64,000 bases of DNA from the sequence record MH051335.1, one strand, 5' to 3'. The position numbers and the translations under genes were made by a program. Shown here piece by piece: positions 1-8,853 of the stretch (the first letter of the stretch is position 1; each line of letters starts with the position of its first letter). The DNA comes from Escherichia phage vB_EcoM-Ro157lw. The notes below the pieces were generated by a model, which was not told the DNA's origin, did no database searches, and saw only the letters and a list, made by a program, of their open reading frames with translations.

Positions 1-135
1 ATTTTGAATTAATTTAAATTAATTTTTTCTACATCCTCATACTTATGTTAATTTATATATTTAACGTATTATCCGTAAGATATAAGTAAAAACAAAGACT
101 TGCGGCAATACGGATGATACGTCATGATACGCTTC
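1..135. repeat. AT-rich tract plus iteron-like decamer CGGATGATAC (111-120) with partial copies; inverted paralog of the element at 15866-15938
   Basis: Direct reading: 111-135 and flanks match the reverse complement of 15861-15885 (one mismatch over about 25 bp); shared AATTAATTTAAATTA-type AT tract. Confidence 0.5.
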
Positions 136-359
136 AACCAGCCAGCAGCGGCTAAGTCATTGATTTGCATAACACGCGGCGAAAGGGATGGATTTCTTTT
201 ATACGTATCAAACAGTACACCAAGCACCACGGTCCGCTATTCATTAAGCATTGTGATTTATGTACGTTTACAGCCAATTTGAACATCAATCTGCACTTGA
301 ATATAATGTTCAATCATTGTATAATTCACACTATTAATTTGCACTATGGGATTTGCACT

Positions 360-833
360 ATGAGTCAAGATTATGTAGCAATGCCTGAAGACTTTGAAGA
401 CCCGCGATTTGCAGAGCATAATCAGGCATTATTCGATGAGTTCATTGACCTTGTTATTCAGGGCCATGACATGCGCGCAGCTTTTGCACTAGTATTTGGC
501 ATGGAGGTTGCGACCGATAACTACACTGGCCAGCGAATCCTCTGCACGCAACGCAATCCGTACTACAAGATGCGCTACAAAAAGCGTATGGAAGAGATGC
601 CATTGAAGGAATTGTGGAGCGTAAAGAGTTCCATCCACAATTTAGTGAAGCTTGTGCGTGATCCAGAAGTCGCGGCATCAGCCAAGCTTAATGCCATTCG
701 TGAACTGAATATCATCTACGGCATTACGATGATTGATGAAAACGGCAATAGTAAAATGGGCCGTTCCATGGATGATTTCTACAAGGATTTTGGAGAGGCG
801 GCCAAAGAGGGTGAGCAATTCTCCCGCCACTAG
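360..833 (+). CDS. hypothetical protein (start uncertain; frame is open back to a TTG at 165)
   Basis: ORF track 165..833; first ATG-initiated stretch MSQDY at 360; region upstream is occupied by motif copies; no clear SD. Confidence 0.5.
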   Translation: MSQDYVAMPEDFEDPRFAEHNQALFDEFIDLVIQGHDMRAAFALVFGMEVATDNYTGQRILCTQRNPYYKMRYKKRMEEMPLKELWSVKSSIHNLVKLVRDPEVAASAKLNAIRELNIIYGITMIDENGNSKMGRSMDDFYKDFGEAAKEGEQFSRH

Positions 834-852
834 CCAATTTGCACTATAAAAC

Positions 853-886
853 GGCCCTAGAACACATTTTCTCCACTTCTAGGGCC
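853..886 (+). other. stem-loop (10-bp perfect stem GGCCCTAGAA/TTCTAGGGCC, 14-nt loop) downstream of CDS 360..833
   Basis: Inverted repeat read directly; no U-tract, so not a classic terminator. Confidence 0.4.
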
Positions 887-1261
887 ATCGGTAATACGAC
901 GGGGAAGGCTGCAACCATAAACGCGTTAGAAAGTGTATTATTATAAGTCATCTTTTAGTCACTTTACGTAACAATTTACGACCTTCAGCCGTCCAGTCGA
1001 ACGACTCCACCAGCAGATTTGCACTATAACCTAAGACGATGCGCCCTTTCTCGTTATCAACCCGCCAACAAGTCTCGAATAGCATTCGATTTGCACTATT
1101 AACTATCGCCGCAGCGCGCGTTGGGTAAGCGCAATTTGCACTATGGTCGTAAAGGGATAAGGTGCGACCACTTCCGATGGACAACGTAGCGATGAGAATA
1201 AGCGTATTCATAAGCCACCAATTTGCACTATGAAAAGCGACCCCGAAGGGCCGCCATTCGA

Positions 1262-1888
1262 TTAGATGATCTGGAAGGTGTAGGACTTGTTGCCGAACTC
1301 AAAGTTTAAGCGCCCAGCTTCCTTGAGCTTCATACGGAAGCGAATGTGCTTGCTATCCGGTAAGCCCAGCGCGGCGAACGCTACGCGGACTGATTTGAAC
1401 TCGCCTACACCCTCGACCATAACGGCGTTACGCGTGAGACGCTTTTGCGCCACTTCCTTGTTATCCCAACTTTTTGCAATACCTTCGCTATTCGAACGGC
1501 GATGGGAAGGACTGGCAATTTTATCCGCGCCAACCGGAGTATCATTCAGGCCGCTCTTGACGAATGCTTCATACTCTTCGTCGGTCATCGCGTCGAGTTC
1601 TTCCTGAGTCGGCTCGGCCTTTTTAACGACCGCACGCGCCTTATGCGTTTTTACATCGCTGGACACTTCCTCGCACGGCTTCGCGTCTGGAATGGGCGAT
1701 TCGTTGGACGGCTCATCGAGCGCGTTTAAGGACTCGATTAACGCGATGACGCGAGTCTCAGCGGTGCGACGGTCCGCAAACTTCTTAATCGGTTTTGAGC
1801 CGGAGTTAGCGTTATAGAACGCAACGAGGTCGGCGGTCTTAGTTGCGATAACGTCGCCGCTAGTAGAGAAACGATTCAAGCTAACCAT
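1262..1888 (-). CDS. hypothetical protein
   Basis: ORF track; ATG with AGGAG SD on minus strand; CpG-rich, CTG-poor codon usage; followed by a short UUCG-loop hairpin and T-run. Confidence 0.6.
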   Translation of the reverse strand: MVSLNRFSTSGDVIATKTADLVAFYNANSGSKPIKKFADRRTAETRVIALIESLNALDEPSNESPIPDAKPCEEVSSDVKTHKARAVVKKAEPTQEELDAMTDEEYEAFVKSGLNDTPVGADKIASPSHRRSNSEGIAKSWDNKEVAQKRLTRNAVMVEGVGEFKSVRVAFAALGLPDSKHIRFRMKLKEAGRLNFEFGNKSYTFQII

Positions 1889-2029
1889 AATAAACTCCTA
1901 GTTTGGGAGCGGCGTTAACGACCTATTCGCTAACTCATCCCGTCCCGATATGAGTACATTATAATATAGTGTAGAAAAAAGTAAAGCACTTTTTCGATAA
2001 AAATGCGATAAATTATTTTATCTTTTTTC

Positions 2030-2057
2030 TTTACTTCTTCGTACACTCGCGTATACT
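2030..2057 (+). promoter_or_regulatory. sigma70-like promoter TTTACT-N16-TATACT inside a conserved ~45-bp element
   Basis: Element CTTTACTT.TTCGTACACT...GTTTATATCGAGA repeated upstream of 2113 and 2523. Confidence 0.45.
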
Positions 2058-2112
2058 TGTTTATATCGAGACGGGCGATGGCCTTCCTTCTACTAGCATC
2101 GGGAGCTTTATT

Positions 2113-2415
2113 ATGACTACTTTAATCTCTTCCATCCTTACTTACGACGAAGACCGTTTAACCGTTCGCTCTCTTATCGCCGCCGTTAACGCGGAACTAG
2201 AATCCAGCGCCATTAAGGTCCGCGCGGTCGCCTTCGTCGGCCTCTCCTTCGACGAAATTAAATACGCCGAACGTAGCGCCATCCGCTTCGCGAAGACCGA
2301 CGACGAAGCCGTCACCCTTATCGAGACGGTTACGCCGCGCGACGAAGCGTTAATTATCGTCGAGTATATCGACGTAGAAGGCGATAATGCTTATAAATAT
2401 TTTATCGCAAAATAA
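2113..2415 (+). CDS. hypothetical small protein (acidic)
   Basis: ORF track; ATG with GGGAG SD; promoter-like element upstream. Confidence 0.6.
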   Translation: MTTLISSILTYDEDRLTVRSLIAAVNAELESSAIKVRAVAFVGLSFDEIKYAERSAIRFAKTDDEAVTLIETVTPRDEALIIVEYIDVEGDNAYKYFIAK

Positions 2416-2426
2416 CGAAAAAGTGC

Positions 2427-2455
2427 TTTACTTATTCGTACACTAAGACTATAAT
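2427..2455 (+). promoter_or_regulatory. sigma70-like promoter TTTACT-N17-TATAAT (second copy of the conserved element)
   Basis: Consensus -10 hexamer; leader contains an 8-bp stem hairpin at 2478-2498. Confidence 0.5.
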
Positions 2456-2522
2456 GTTTTATATCGAGAGGGGATGAGGTAGCGAATAGGTCGCTACCCT
2501 CCCGACTAACTAGGAGAATATT

Positions 2523-2813
2523 ATGATTACTTTATCCGCTATCCGTTCCGCTCGCGTCGAAACTTCCGAAAACTCTAACGTATTTGGCGAAACCTTAGAG
2601 AGCGTTTATCTCTCTAACGTAGACGCGATTATCGAGTCTATTTATGAGCCGATCAACTTTCTCGACCTTTACAAGTATCGCGACGAGGACATCGTATCCT
2701 ACCGCGTAACGATTAACGGCTTCGTCTATACGATTACCGAAATCGGCGGCGAATATATCGCTGTACCGCAACTCGGCGGCGAAGTAACTTACTTTAAAAT
2801 CGTAAGCCTTTAA
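2523..2813 (+). CDS. hypothetical small protein (acidic)
   Basis: ORF track; ATG with AGGAG SD. Confidence 0.65.
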   Translation: MITLSAIRSARVETSENSNVFGETLESVYLSNVDAIIESIYEPINFLDLYKYRDEDIVSYRVTINGFVYTITEIGGEYIAVPQLGGEVTYFKIVSL

Positions 2814-2824
2814 GGAGAAGAAAG

Positions 2825-3034
2825 ATGACTAATATGAATAACTCTCTTAACGCGCGCGCCCATCGCACCGCCGTAATCGATATGTTTCGCGAGCTTAAGG
2901 AATTATGCGATAATATGAACGCGATGTTATCCATCGGCGGCTGGGGATACGAAGAAGAAGTTAAATACGCGGTTATGCGTCGCCGTCGCGATAACGTCCT
3001 TGGGCAAATTAAACGCGCCGGATTATTCCTTTAA
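2825..3034 (+). CDS. hypothetical small protein
   Basis: ORF track; ATG with AGGAG SD. Confidence 0.6.
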   Translation: MTNMNNSLNARAHRTAVIDMFRELKELCDNMNAMLSIGGWGYEEEVKYAVMRRRRDNVLGQIKRAGLFL

Positions 3035-3060
3035 TTATAATCACCCACCGTTACTAATAG

Positions 3061-3082
3061 GCCGCGCTTAGTCGCGGCTTTT
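3061..3082 (+). terminator. intrinsic terminator (GCCGCG/CGCGGC stem, 6-nt loop, TTTT)
   Basis: Hairpin plus T-run 27 nt after the stop at 3034. Confidence 0.55.
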
Positions 3083-3204
3083 CTTCGTCCCTATCTCGAT
3101 GCGCTTCTCCTCGAAAACTCCTTTATCCTTCCCTTCTTCGTCGCATAATCTTCGTCGAGATGCGCCTTAGTTCGCATAACAGGTATTACGTTAAATGGAG
3201 AACA

Positions 3205-3278
3205 TCGCGTAAGTCGTTGTTTTATATAGACACCTATATCGGAACGTTAAGGCGGGTCGCGTAAGTCGTTGTTTTATA
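3205..3278 (+). repeat. 22-bp perfect direct repeat TCGCGTAAGTCGTTGTTTTATA x2 (3205-3226, 3257-3278)
   Basis: Direct reading, period 52 bp, non-coding region. Confidence 0.85.
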
Positions 3279-3402
3279 AAGGCGCAAAACTTTCCCTTCG
3301 TTCCGAACTAAAACGAGAAATATGCCGACCCTTCGCCCGAAAATAGTACGCATGCGAAATTACCGACATCTAGAATAATCCCCACCGATATTATTCTGCG
3401 CG

Positions 3403-3462
3403 CAATCATTCGCTTTCGAACTATTATGCTTCATATTATTATGCGTCGAATCATTCGCTTTC
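3403..3462 (+). repeat. 15-bp direct repeat (C/G)AATCATTCGCTTTC x2 (3403-3417, 3448-3462); adjacent 8-bp-stem hairpin at 3372-3397
   Basis: Direct reading, period 45 bp. Confidence 0.8.
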
Positions 3463-3555
3463 TAATTGTAACGCTGGAAACTGTAACGGCGATTGATTAT
3501 TGCGTTCGTGTGGTTTTTAGGGCATGGGTCTTTTGGTGCGTTTTGGTACTTGATG

Positions 3556-3668
3556 AAATTTGCAGTACACTAATCAAAATACGACACATTTGGCCCACTA
3601 ACTTTTCAAAGAAAAAGTCCTAGACAGTACCGTACTATTTTGTGCCCACAGTAAATTTGCAGTACACT
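3556..3668 (+). repeat. 16-bp perfect direct repeat AAATTTGCAGTACACT x2 (3556-3571, 3653-3668); shares the ATTTGCA core with the 337-1231 array
   Basis: Direct reading, period 97 bp. Confidence 0.85.
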
Positions 3669-3737
3669 CCTGCGCGGCAGGCAAAATAAAGGGCCGCCAC
3701 AGCGACCCACGATTCACGGTTAAATCAGCAACACCCA

Positions 3738-4133
3738 CTATTCACTCTTATGGGCATCACCAAAGCCATCCGCAATCTGACTGATCAATGATTCAATGGA
3801 CACAGTTTTACCAATTGATCGAGCGGTAATAGCAAGCATATTATCAATCAAACCATGATTAGACGCATATGGTCCAGGTTTTGAATCATCTTCAGGACAA
3901 CCAAAAAGCTGGTCGCGAAGACTTTCAAGAGAACGCTCAATATTTTCCAGCTTCTCTTCTAAATCGGATTGGCGACGTAAAACCCACGTTAAGTCGCGGT
4001 TGCCGACTTCCAATCCATCAGAATCGCAAGATGGAGCGTCAATTTTGATACTTCCACTAAAGGCCATTCCGCTGCCTTTAGTATATGTATTGTGAATAGA
4101 ATCATTTTTATTTGACATATCATTACCTTTCAT
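3738..4133 (-). CDS. hypothetical protein (alternative start at 4118 has the better SD)
   Basis: ORF track. Confidence 0.55.
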   Translation of the reverse strand: MKGNDMSNKNDSIHNTYTKGSGMAFSGSIKIDAPSCDSDGLEVGNRDLTWVLRRQSDLEEKLENIERSLESLRDQLFGCPEDDSKPGPYASNHGLIDNMLAITARSIGKTVSIESLISQIADGFGDAHKSE

Positions 4134-4213
4134 GAGGGTGATTAACTTGAATTATAATAAAGCCGCATAGCGCGACATTCAAATCGGTTTGTTAATTGTA
4201 ACGATTGGATTCA

Positions 4214-4408
4214 TCAATCGATACCAACTGAGCCGATGTGCTGAAAGAACTCTGAATAAACTTCCTTCCAGTATTTACGGGCTGCTTTCTGAGCCTGTCC
4301 TTTGCGCTTGAAGCTTTTACCTTGAAATATGAAGCGGTCTTTTGGTGCGTAATACTCCACCACACCTTCCAGCCATTGTAAGAACGCTACTGATTCATTT
4401 TTATTCAT
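4214..4408 (-). CDS. hypothetical small basic protein
   Basis: ORF track; ATG with GAGGT SD. Confidence 0.55.
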   Translation of the reverse strand: MNKNESVAFLQWLEGVVEYYAPKDRFIFQGKSFKRKGQAQKAARKYWKEVYSEFFQHIGSVGID

Positions 4409-4415
4409 ATTAACC

Positions 4416-4883
4416 TCAATATTTTAATAAGAAAGCGCCCAACCAACTCTCCTCAACCTCGCGGCCAGTAGCCACACGGTCGGTCTTTGCTATGGGCCTG
4501 GATTCGCCGCATGGCAATCCGTCTTGCAGTTGTGTACTATTGCCAATTCTCACCATGACCTTTCCATCAGGGTCGATATAAGCGCGACAACCCATTATTT
4601 CGAGTCGTTGTAGACACTGGCGAATCGTTTTCAGCCTTTCACCGGACCGGATAGAGCGCGGTCGCGACCTCTGACCGTTCTTATTCACTGTACGCTTGAA
4701 GACCGGAATCTCATTGGTGCGTTGCGCTTTCGGTCGGTAGTAGGCTTCCTCGCCAGGAGTCGCACCTGGTGTTAATTCTCGCTTGAGAGCCTTTTCAATA
4801 TCGATGATCATAATTATGCCGCTGCAGCGTAAACAATTGCATAAGCGATTCCAAACAGCGCGGCAATGCATACCGTGCCCCAA
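4416..4883 (-). CDS. hypothetical basic protein (start uncertain; TTG at 4883, ATG at 4871 or 4811)
   Basis: ORF track; no clear SD at any candidate start. Confidence 0.45.
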   Translation of the reverse strand: MGHGMHCRAVWNRLCNCLRCSGIIMIIDIEKALKRELTPGATPGEEAYYRPKAQRTNEIPVFKRTVNKNGQRSRPRSIRSGERLKTIRQCLQRLEIMGCRAYIDPDGKVMVRIGNSTQLQDGLPCGESRPIAKTDRVATGREVEESWLGAFLLKY

Positions 4884-4904
4884 AATGCAAAGCGTCGTGA
4901 CTCT

Positions 4905-5114
4905 TTATCCATTGTCCACCGCTCCAATATCCTTCAAGAACTTGTGCAAGTCGCCCTTCTTGTTAAGCTTTTGCATAGTTTTGATATCATCAAGTGATAT
5001 ACCTTGATCGCTTTGTTGTTTGTCAATGCAGACAATGCCGCCTTTCTTAGCCTTGATTGTCATGCCTTTGGCTTCAATACTTTTTACGAAATCGGACAAT
5101 AATTTAATTTCCAT
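4905..5114 (-). CDS. hypothetical protein
   Basis: ORF track; ATG overlaps upstream stop. Confidence 0.55.
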   Translation of the reverse strand: MEIKLLSDFVKSIEAKGMTIKAKKGGIVCIDKQQSDQGISLDDIKTMQKLNKKGDLHKFLKDIGAVDNG

Positions 5115-5395
5115 TAGAACCTTTCTCCAATATCCATAAAATTAAACACTAATTTGGCCATGTCATCTTGTGAAATCACGTTGTAGTGTTTAGGCAGATT
5201 GCTTTCTGACAATACTTTCTGGGCTTCTTCTGCTGTCTCAAACAAAGGGATACACCAATTAACTGCGTCGCCAGGATCATTGCTATCAACTTGTTTCAAG
5301 AAAACCAAGCGGTTGTCTTCAGGATCAATTCCGCAAATCACATATTTAGGCAGCGCCTTTGCTTTTTTGGCCTTATCGATGTCTTCAAATTTCAT
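5114..5395 (-). CDS. hypothetical protein (ATG at 5395 with GAGGTG SD; track extends to GTG at 5404)
   Basis: ORF track plus RBS inspection. Confidence 0.55.
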   Translation of the reverse strand: MKFEDIDKAKKAKALPKYVICGIDPEDNRLVFLKQVDSNDPGDAVNWCIPLFETAEEAQKVLSESNLPKHYNVISQDDMAKLVFNFMDIGERF

Positions 5396-5451
5396 TTCAT
5401 TCACCTCACTTGTTAACGTATAATGAGTATAACTTAATAGCGCATAAAGTA

Positions 5452-5471
5452 AAGGCGCTTTTCAGCGCCTT
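5452..5471 (-). terminator. hairpin terminator (8-bp stem AAGGCGCT/AGCGCCTT) downstream of the leftward tail-fiber gene
   Basis: Perfect inverted repeat 8 nt after the stop at 5479. Confidence 0.5.
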
Positions 5472-5478
5472 GAGTGAA

Positions 5479-7833
5479 TTATTTTGCTGATTTTAGCGCG
5501 GCTATCTCTGCCTTGAGTTCATCTATCTGATCCATCAATGCAAGAATAGCCTCGTGGTGCAGCGCCGCAGCCACTCCGTAAGTGTCGACTGATTTGATAT
5601 CCTCGACAATTGTGCCATCCTTTAGTTCCGTGTTTGAATATTTCAAAGTCTTTACTGCATCAGGGAATACGCCTTCTACGTCTTGGGCGATAAAGCCAAT
5701 TCCATTCGGTTTTTCTGATTTATCAAGACGCTCCCAAGTCACACCCTTGATCAACCTCATCTTCCCTAACGGGTCTGAAATCCTTTGAATGTTCGTCTTG
5801 ACCCTCTCATCAGACGTGCTAACCCAGTTCCCAGCACTGGCAGTCCCATCAGGGAAAAATCTGAAGTCAGCGGCTTGCCCTGCCCCGTTGTTGATTGATA
5901 TTTGCGCACGCTCTAAGGCTGTGCTGCCGCCGCGAACGCCGCCAAATGTATAGCTGCCATCATACCAATCTCCTGAAAAATATGACACATATCCAGGCGT
6001 TGATTGATTGAAGTTGACCATCCTCATGGCATTTCTTTCATGCGCTGAAACGCCTACTGAGTTCAACGGTTGCGCAACAAGGTCTTTTGGTCTGAGATAT
6101 GCATTAACAGTCAATGCGCCATCACTTCTCTGAGTCTCAATTTGCGTTATTGAGTCCGGGAAAGATAGTGCTCCATATTGGTTGAATGACCACTCTTGCA
6201 CACCATTTGAAACTATTGCTCCACATTCAGACGATGATCCATCAATCTTGCCGTATGCCTGCAAGAATGCTTGATACGCGATGTTCGTGCCAATCTTATA
6301 TTCAGATTTTACACTACCGCCTCTGACAAGCGTTCCGGTTGCAGGTTTTACTGCGTCGCCGTTGATAACGCTCCAAGACGTATTCGCGGCAACAAATCCA
6401 CCCGATGCACGAATCACCCAAACGCCTTCAAAGGCATTAGGTCGAACTTCATTTGCACCATCACGCCCATAAGCGCCATTGGAAAGGCTTGCATCAATGT
6501 TCAATCCGTTCCTATAGTTAAGGTTTGTTGCACCTCCGTCTGGACCAACTCTTAGGCCTGGAATAACAACAGGTGCTGGAACTATTGCCCCTGTCCCTGT
6601 GTTACCTGCCGTGTTATATTGCGTTGATATTGAAGTACCAATTGAACCGGTTATGTTTGGCGCTGCGTTTTGTCTTACGCGACCGTCAGAAGAAGACACT
6701 CCACCATCGCCTCGTCCAAATAAGCCTGGGATGGACCCCGCTTGGACACCGTTTCTGTCTGGTACGCGGAATGTTGTTGTTCCGTTGCCCAAAGAATATT
6801 TGCCGCGTTTTGCTGGGTCGGCAAGCCAGTCAGCATCGGCAATAGGGGAAAGCATTTGCGCATAAGCCCAAAGTTCAGGCCAGTCTGCACGATTTAACAA
6901 TTGTCCGTCAGAAACGACTTCATAAGGTTGAATATAAGCACGGCTGTCCCGTAAGTGGAAATCACCGACGCCATAGTTCATAACACCGTTCATGCTTGGG
7001 CCAACAGTTCCGGTGTTTACTAAGTTCTCAACCCAACGTTTAGTCGCGGCGTCATAATCATTTACAGGGTCGCCAGCAAGCGGAGTTGGGCCTATCGGTC
7101 GGATATTCAGCCATGCCTGCGCGTTATCACCTGATCCTGTGCCTCCCATCGAAGTAGGAACAATATTTTGATCAGCGACTTGCCCGAATCCAAAAGCGGA
7201 CTTCATCCCTTGGATGGTAGTTTGTCCTGTGCCGCCGTTGGCTACTGGGATGACAGATTCGCTGTTGTATATTTGCTCCCATCGACTCCAAACTCCATTT
7301 ACCGCGTTGTAAGTCCTTTGGTATGTAACATTGTTGTAGTATGTTGAGTATCTTTGTACACAACTTTCTATTGATGGTCCAGTTTTTAGAACTTCAAGGA
7401 CTCCTGCTTGTAAAACTGGGTAATTAAGAACAGGCTGAGCATCTGCATTGAAGTCTTGGAAATAATTTCCAAACCAAGAGCCTGTCAGAAAGTTGAGATT
7501 TATCCCAGAAGGAAGTTTGCCATAATTTCTTACAACCCCTGTTAAGGTCGCAGCAGTGTTACGAATGGAAAGCAGATCTCCAGTCGCCCATGCACGCGCT
7601 GCAGTCCCTTCCTGTGCACGCTGCACGGTCAGGACGTTCCCAACCACGGCTGTTACTGTGACGATTTCGAATTGAAGGCCTGTTGCAGCGTCAACGATTG
7701 TCGCCACTACGCTCTCGTTTGCGCCCAAGGTCGGAAAGTCCGACCCTGAGCGAATTGTGATTGTGGTGTCTGAAGTCGTCGTTGGTTGAGCCAGCGCGAC
7801 CTCAAAGTTGTTTTTGAATATTAGCCTTGGCAT
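5479..7833 (-). CDS. tail fiber protein with tail-collar domain and C-terminal intramolecular chaperone (peptidase S74-type)
   Basis: Collar-like motif LLNRADWPELWAYAQ...FRVPDRNG; C-terminal SDERVKTNI...GFIAQDVE plus terminal coiled coil typical of self-cleaving fiber chaperones; GAGGA SD. Confidence 0.75.
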   Translation of the reverse strand: MPRLIFKNNFEVALAQPTTTSDTTITIRSGSDFPTLGANESVVATIVDAATGLQFEIVTVTAVVGNVLTVQRAQEGTAARAWATGDLLSIRNTAATLTGVVRNYGKLPSGINLNFLTGSWFGNYFQDFNADAQPVLNYPVLQAGVLEVLKTGPSIESCVQRYSTYYNNVTYQRTYNAVNGVWSRWEQIYNSESVIPVANGGTGQTTIQGMKSAFGFGQVADQNIVPTSMGGTGSGDNAQAWLNIRPIGPTPLAGDPVNDYDAATKRWVENLVNTGTVGPSMNGVMNYGVGDFHLRDSRAYIQPYEVVSDGQLLNRADWPELWAYAQMLSPIADADWLADPAKRGKYSLGNGTTTFRVPDRNGVQAGSIPGLFGRGDGGVSSSDGRVRQNAAPNITGSIGTSISTQYNTAGNTGTGAIVPAPVVIPGLRVGPDGGATNLNYRNGLNIDASLSNGAYGRDGANEVRPNAFEGVWVIRASGGFVAANTSWSVINGDAVKPATGTLVRGGSVKSEYKIGTNIAYQAFLQAYGKIDGSSSECGAIVSNGVQEWSFNQYGALSFPDSITQIETQRSDGALTVNAYLRPKDLVAQPLNSVGVSAHERNAMRMVNFNQSTPGYVSYFSGDWYDGSYTFGGVRGGSTALERAQISINNGAGQAADFRFFPDGTASAGNWVSTSDERVKTNIQRISDPLGKMRLIKGVTWERLDKSEKPNGIGFIAQDVEGVFPDAVKTLKYSNTELKDGTIVEDIKSVDTYGVAAALHHEAILALMDQIDELKAEIAALKSAK

Positions 7834-7871
7834 TTTACGGTCCTCGTTTTGTCGACAACCGTATTATAACC

Positions 7872-8213
7872 TTAATTTCTTTTGAGAGGAATATGACGGT
7901 TGCTGTCATTATTTGGTTTAATAATGAGCATAAAAACGATTAGAAAGATGATGGCTGATATACTTAATTCAATCAGCGCCGCTTGAGATATGGATTGATC
8001 TTCATGATACTGCTTTTGCATTTCTGCTTTCTTCTGAGCGCAAACTTCAGGTGATATATAATCGCCTTTTGAGTTGCCATAATAAATCTCGCCATTCTCA
8101 GAAATAAGCCTGCCGCAAATATCCGTTTCAGCTTTTGCGCTTGAAATCATAATAACGGTGCCGATGATAGCGGCGATAGTCCAGATTAGCAGTTGTGATA
8201 AAGTATTGTTCAT
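7872..8213 (-). CDS. membrane protein (N- and C-terminal hydrophobic segments)
   Basis: ORF track; AGAGG SD. Confidence 0.55.
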   Translation of the reverse strand: MNNTLSQLLIWTIAAIIGTVIMISSAKAETDICGRLISENGEIYYGNSKGDYISPEVCAQKKAEMQKQYHEDQSISQAALIELSISAIIFLIVFMLIIKPNNDSNRHIPLKRN

Positions 8214-8408
8214 GATAACCTCTTTAATTCCCTTCCCATATCGGGAAGGGCAAATATTATTTTACGCGAAAGAATAGGCGCGTGCCACACAGCGAGTCCC
8301 AACGGCCCTCACCATCCCATATCGACCCAACACCAGCAGCGATTGGTCCAGCAGAATTGGCGGCATTGGCCCAGGCGAGTCGTTTAAGCTTCCAACTGCA
8401 CCAACGAT

Positions 8409-8642
8409 TCACAGTTCGCCTCCAGACTTCAAAATTAATCCCGCATAGATTATTGCCAGAGCTAAAGGCGCACCGTCGCCAGCCTCTCTATTCTCTTTGA
8501 TTTGAAGAGTATCTTTTAGGAATTGAAGCTGAACGTTGAATTCATTTTCAATTCCAAGCACTCCAGCTAATCCTTTTACAGAATCTGCATATGCCTTGTC
8601 TATCACTTCTTTTGGCACCGTTAAGGTTAATTCATTTGCCAT
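8409..8642 (-). CDS. hypothetical protein (ATG at 8642; track extends to TTG at 8660)
   Basis: ORF track. Confidence 0.5.
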   Translation of the reverse strand: MANELTLTVPKEVIDKAYADSVKGLAGVLGIENEFNVQLQFLKDTLQIKENREAGDGAPLALAIIYAGLILKSGGEL

Positions 8643-8853
8643 TTTCTTTCCACTCCACAAATGTACTGCTACTTGTTTCTCTATTTAGCAGGTATCTGCC
8701 GCGCATTCCACGAAGGCTGAATTCAACCGTCGATGGATTAGATTTTGAAAGCCACATCACTTGACCGTCGAACGGTCCGCCAACGCATGTGTATTTGGCC
8801 TTTGGCTCACTCCTTTTGGGCCTCTTTGCCCGCTCTTTGATTGATAGTCTCAT
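8632..8853 (-). CDS. hypothetical basic protein
   Basis: ORF track; AAGGTGA SD. Confidence 0.5.
   Translation of the reverse strand: MRLSIKERAKRPKRSEPKAKYTCVGGPFDGQVMWLSKSNPSTVEFSLRGMRGRYLLNRETSSSTFVEWKENGK

Larger units (their letters stand above)
337..1231 (+). repeat. Array of 7 perfect copies of ATTTGCACTAT, all same orientation (337-347, 351-361, 837-847, 1017-1027, 1089-1099, 1134-1144, 1221-1231)
   Basis: Exact 11-mer counted directly; coordinates anchored to ORF-track start and stop codons. Confidence 0.9.

Noticed and set aside
165-359. N-terminal extension of ORF 165..833 from a TTG start
   Set aside because: Extension is occupied by motif copies and degenerate repeats; first ATG is at 360; kept only as an alternative.
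948-1211. 87-aa minus-strand ORF
   Set aside because: Filled by three copies of the ATTTGCACTAT motif (giving S-A-N repeats); the motif also occurs outside the ORF, so the ORF is most likely a by-product of a DNA-level repeat array.
3426-3623. 65-aa plus-strand ORF in the repeat-rich non-coding region
   Set aside because: No SD, overlaps repeat elements, hydrophobic low-complexity translation.
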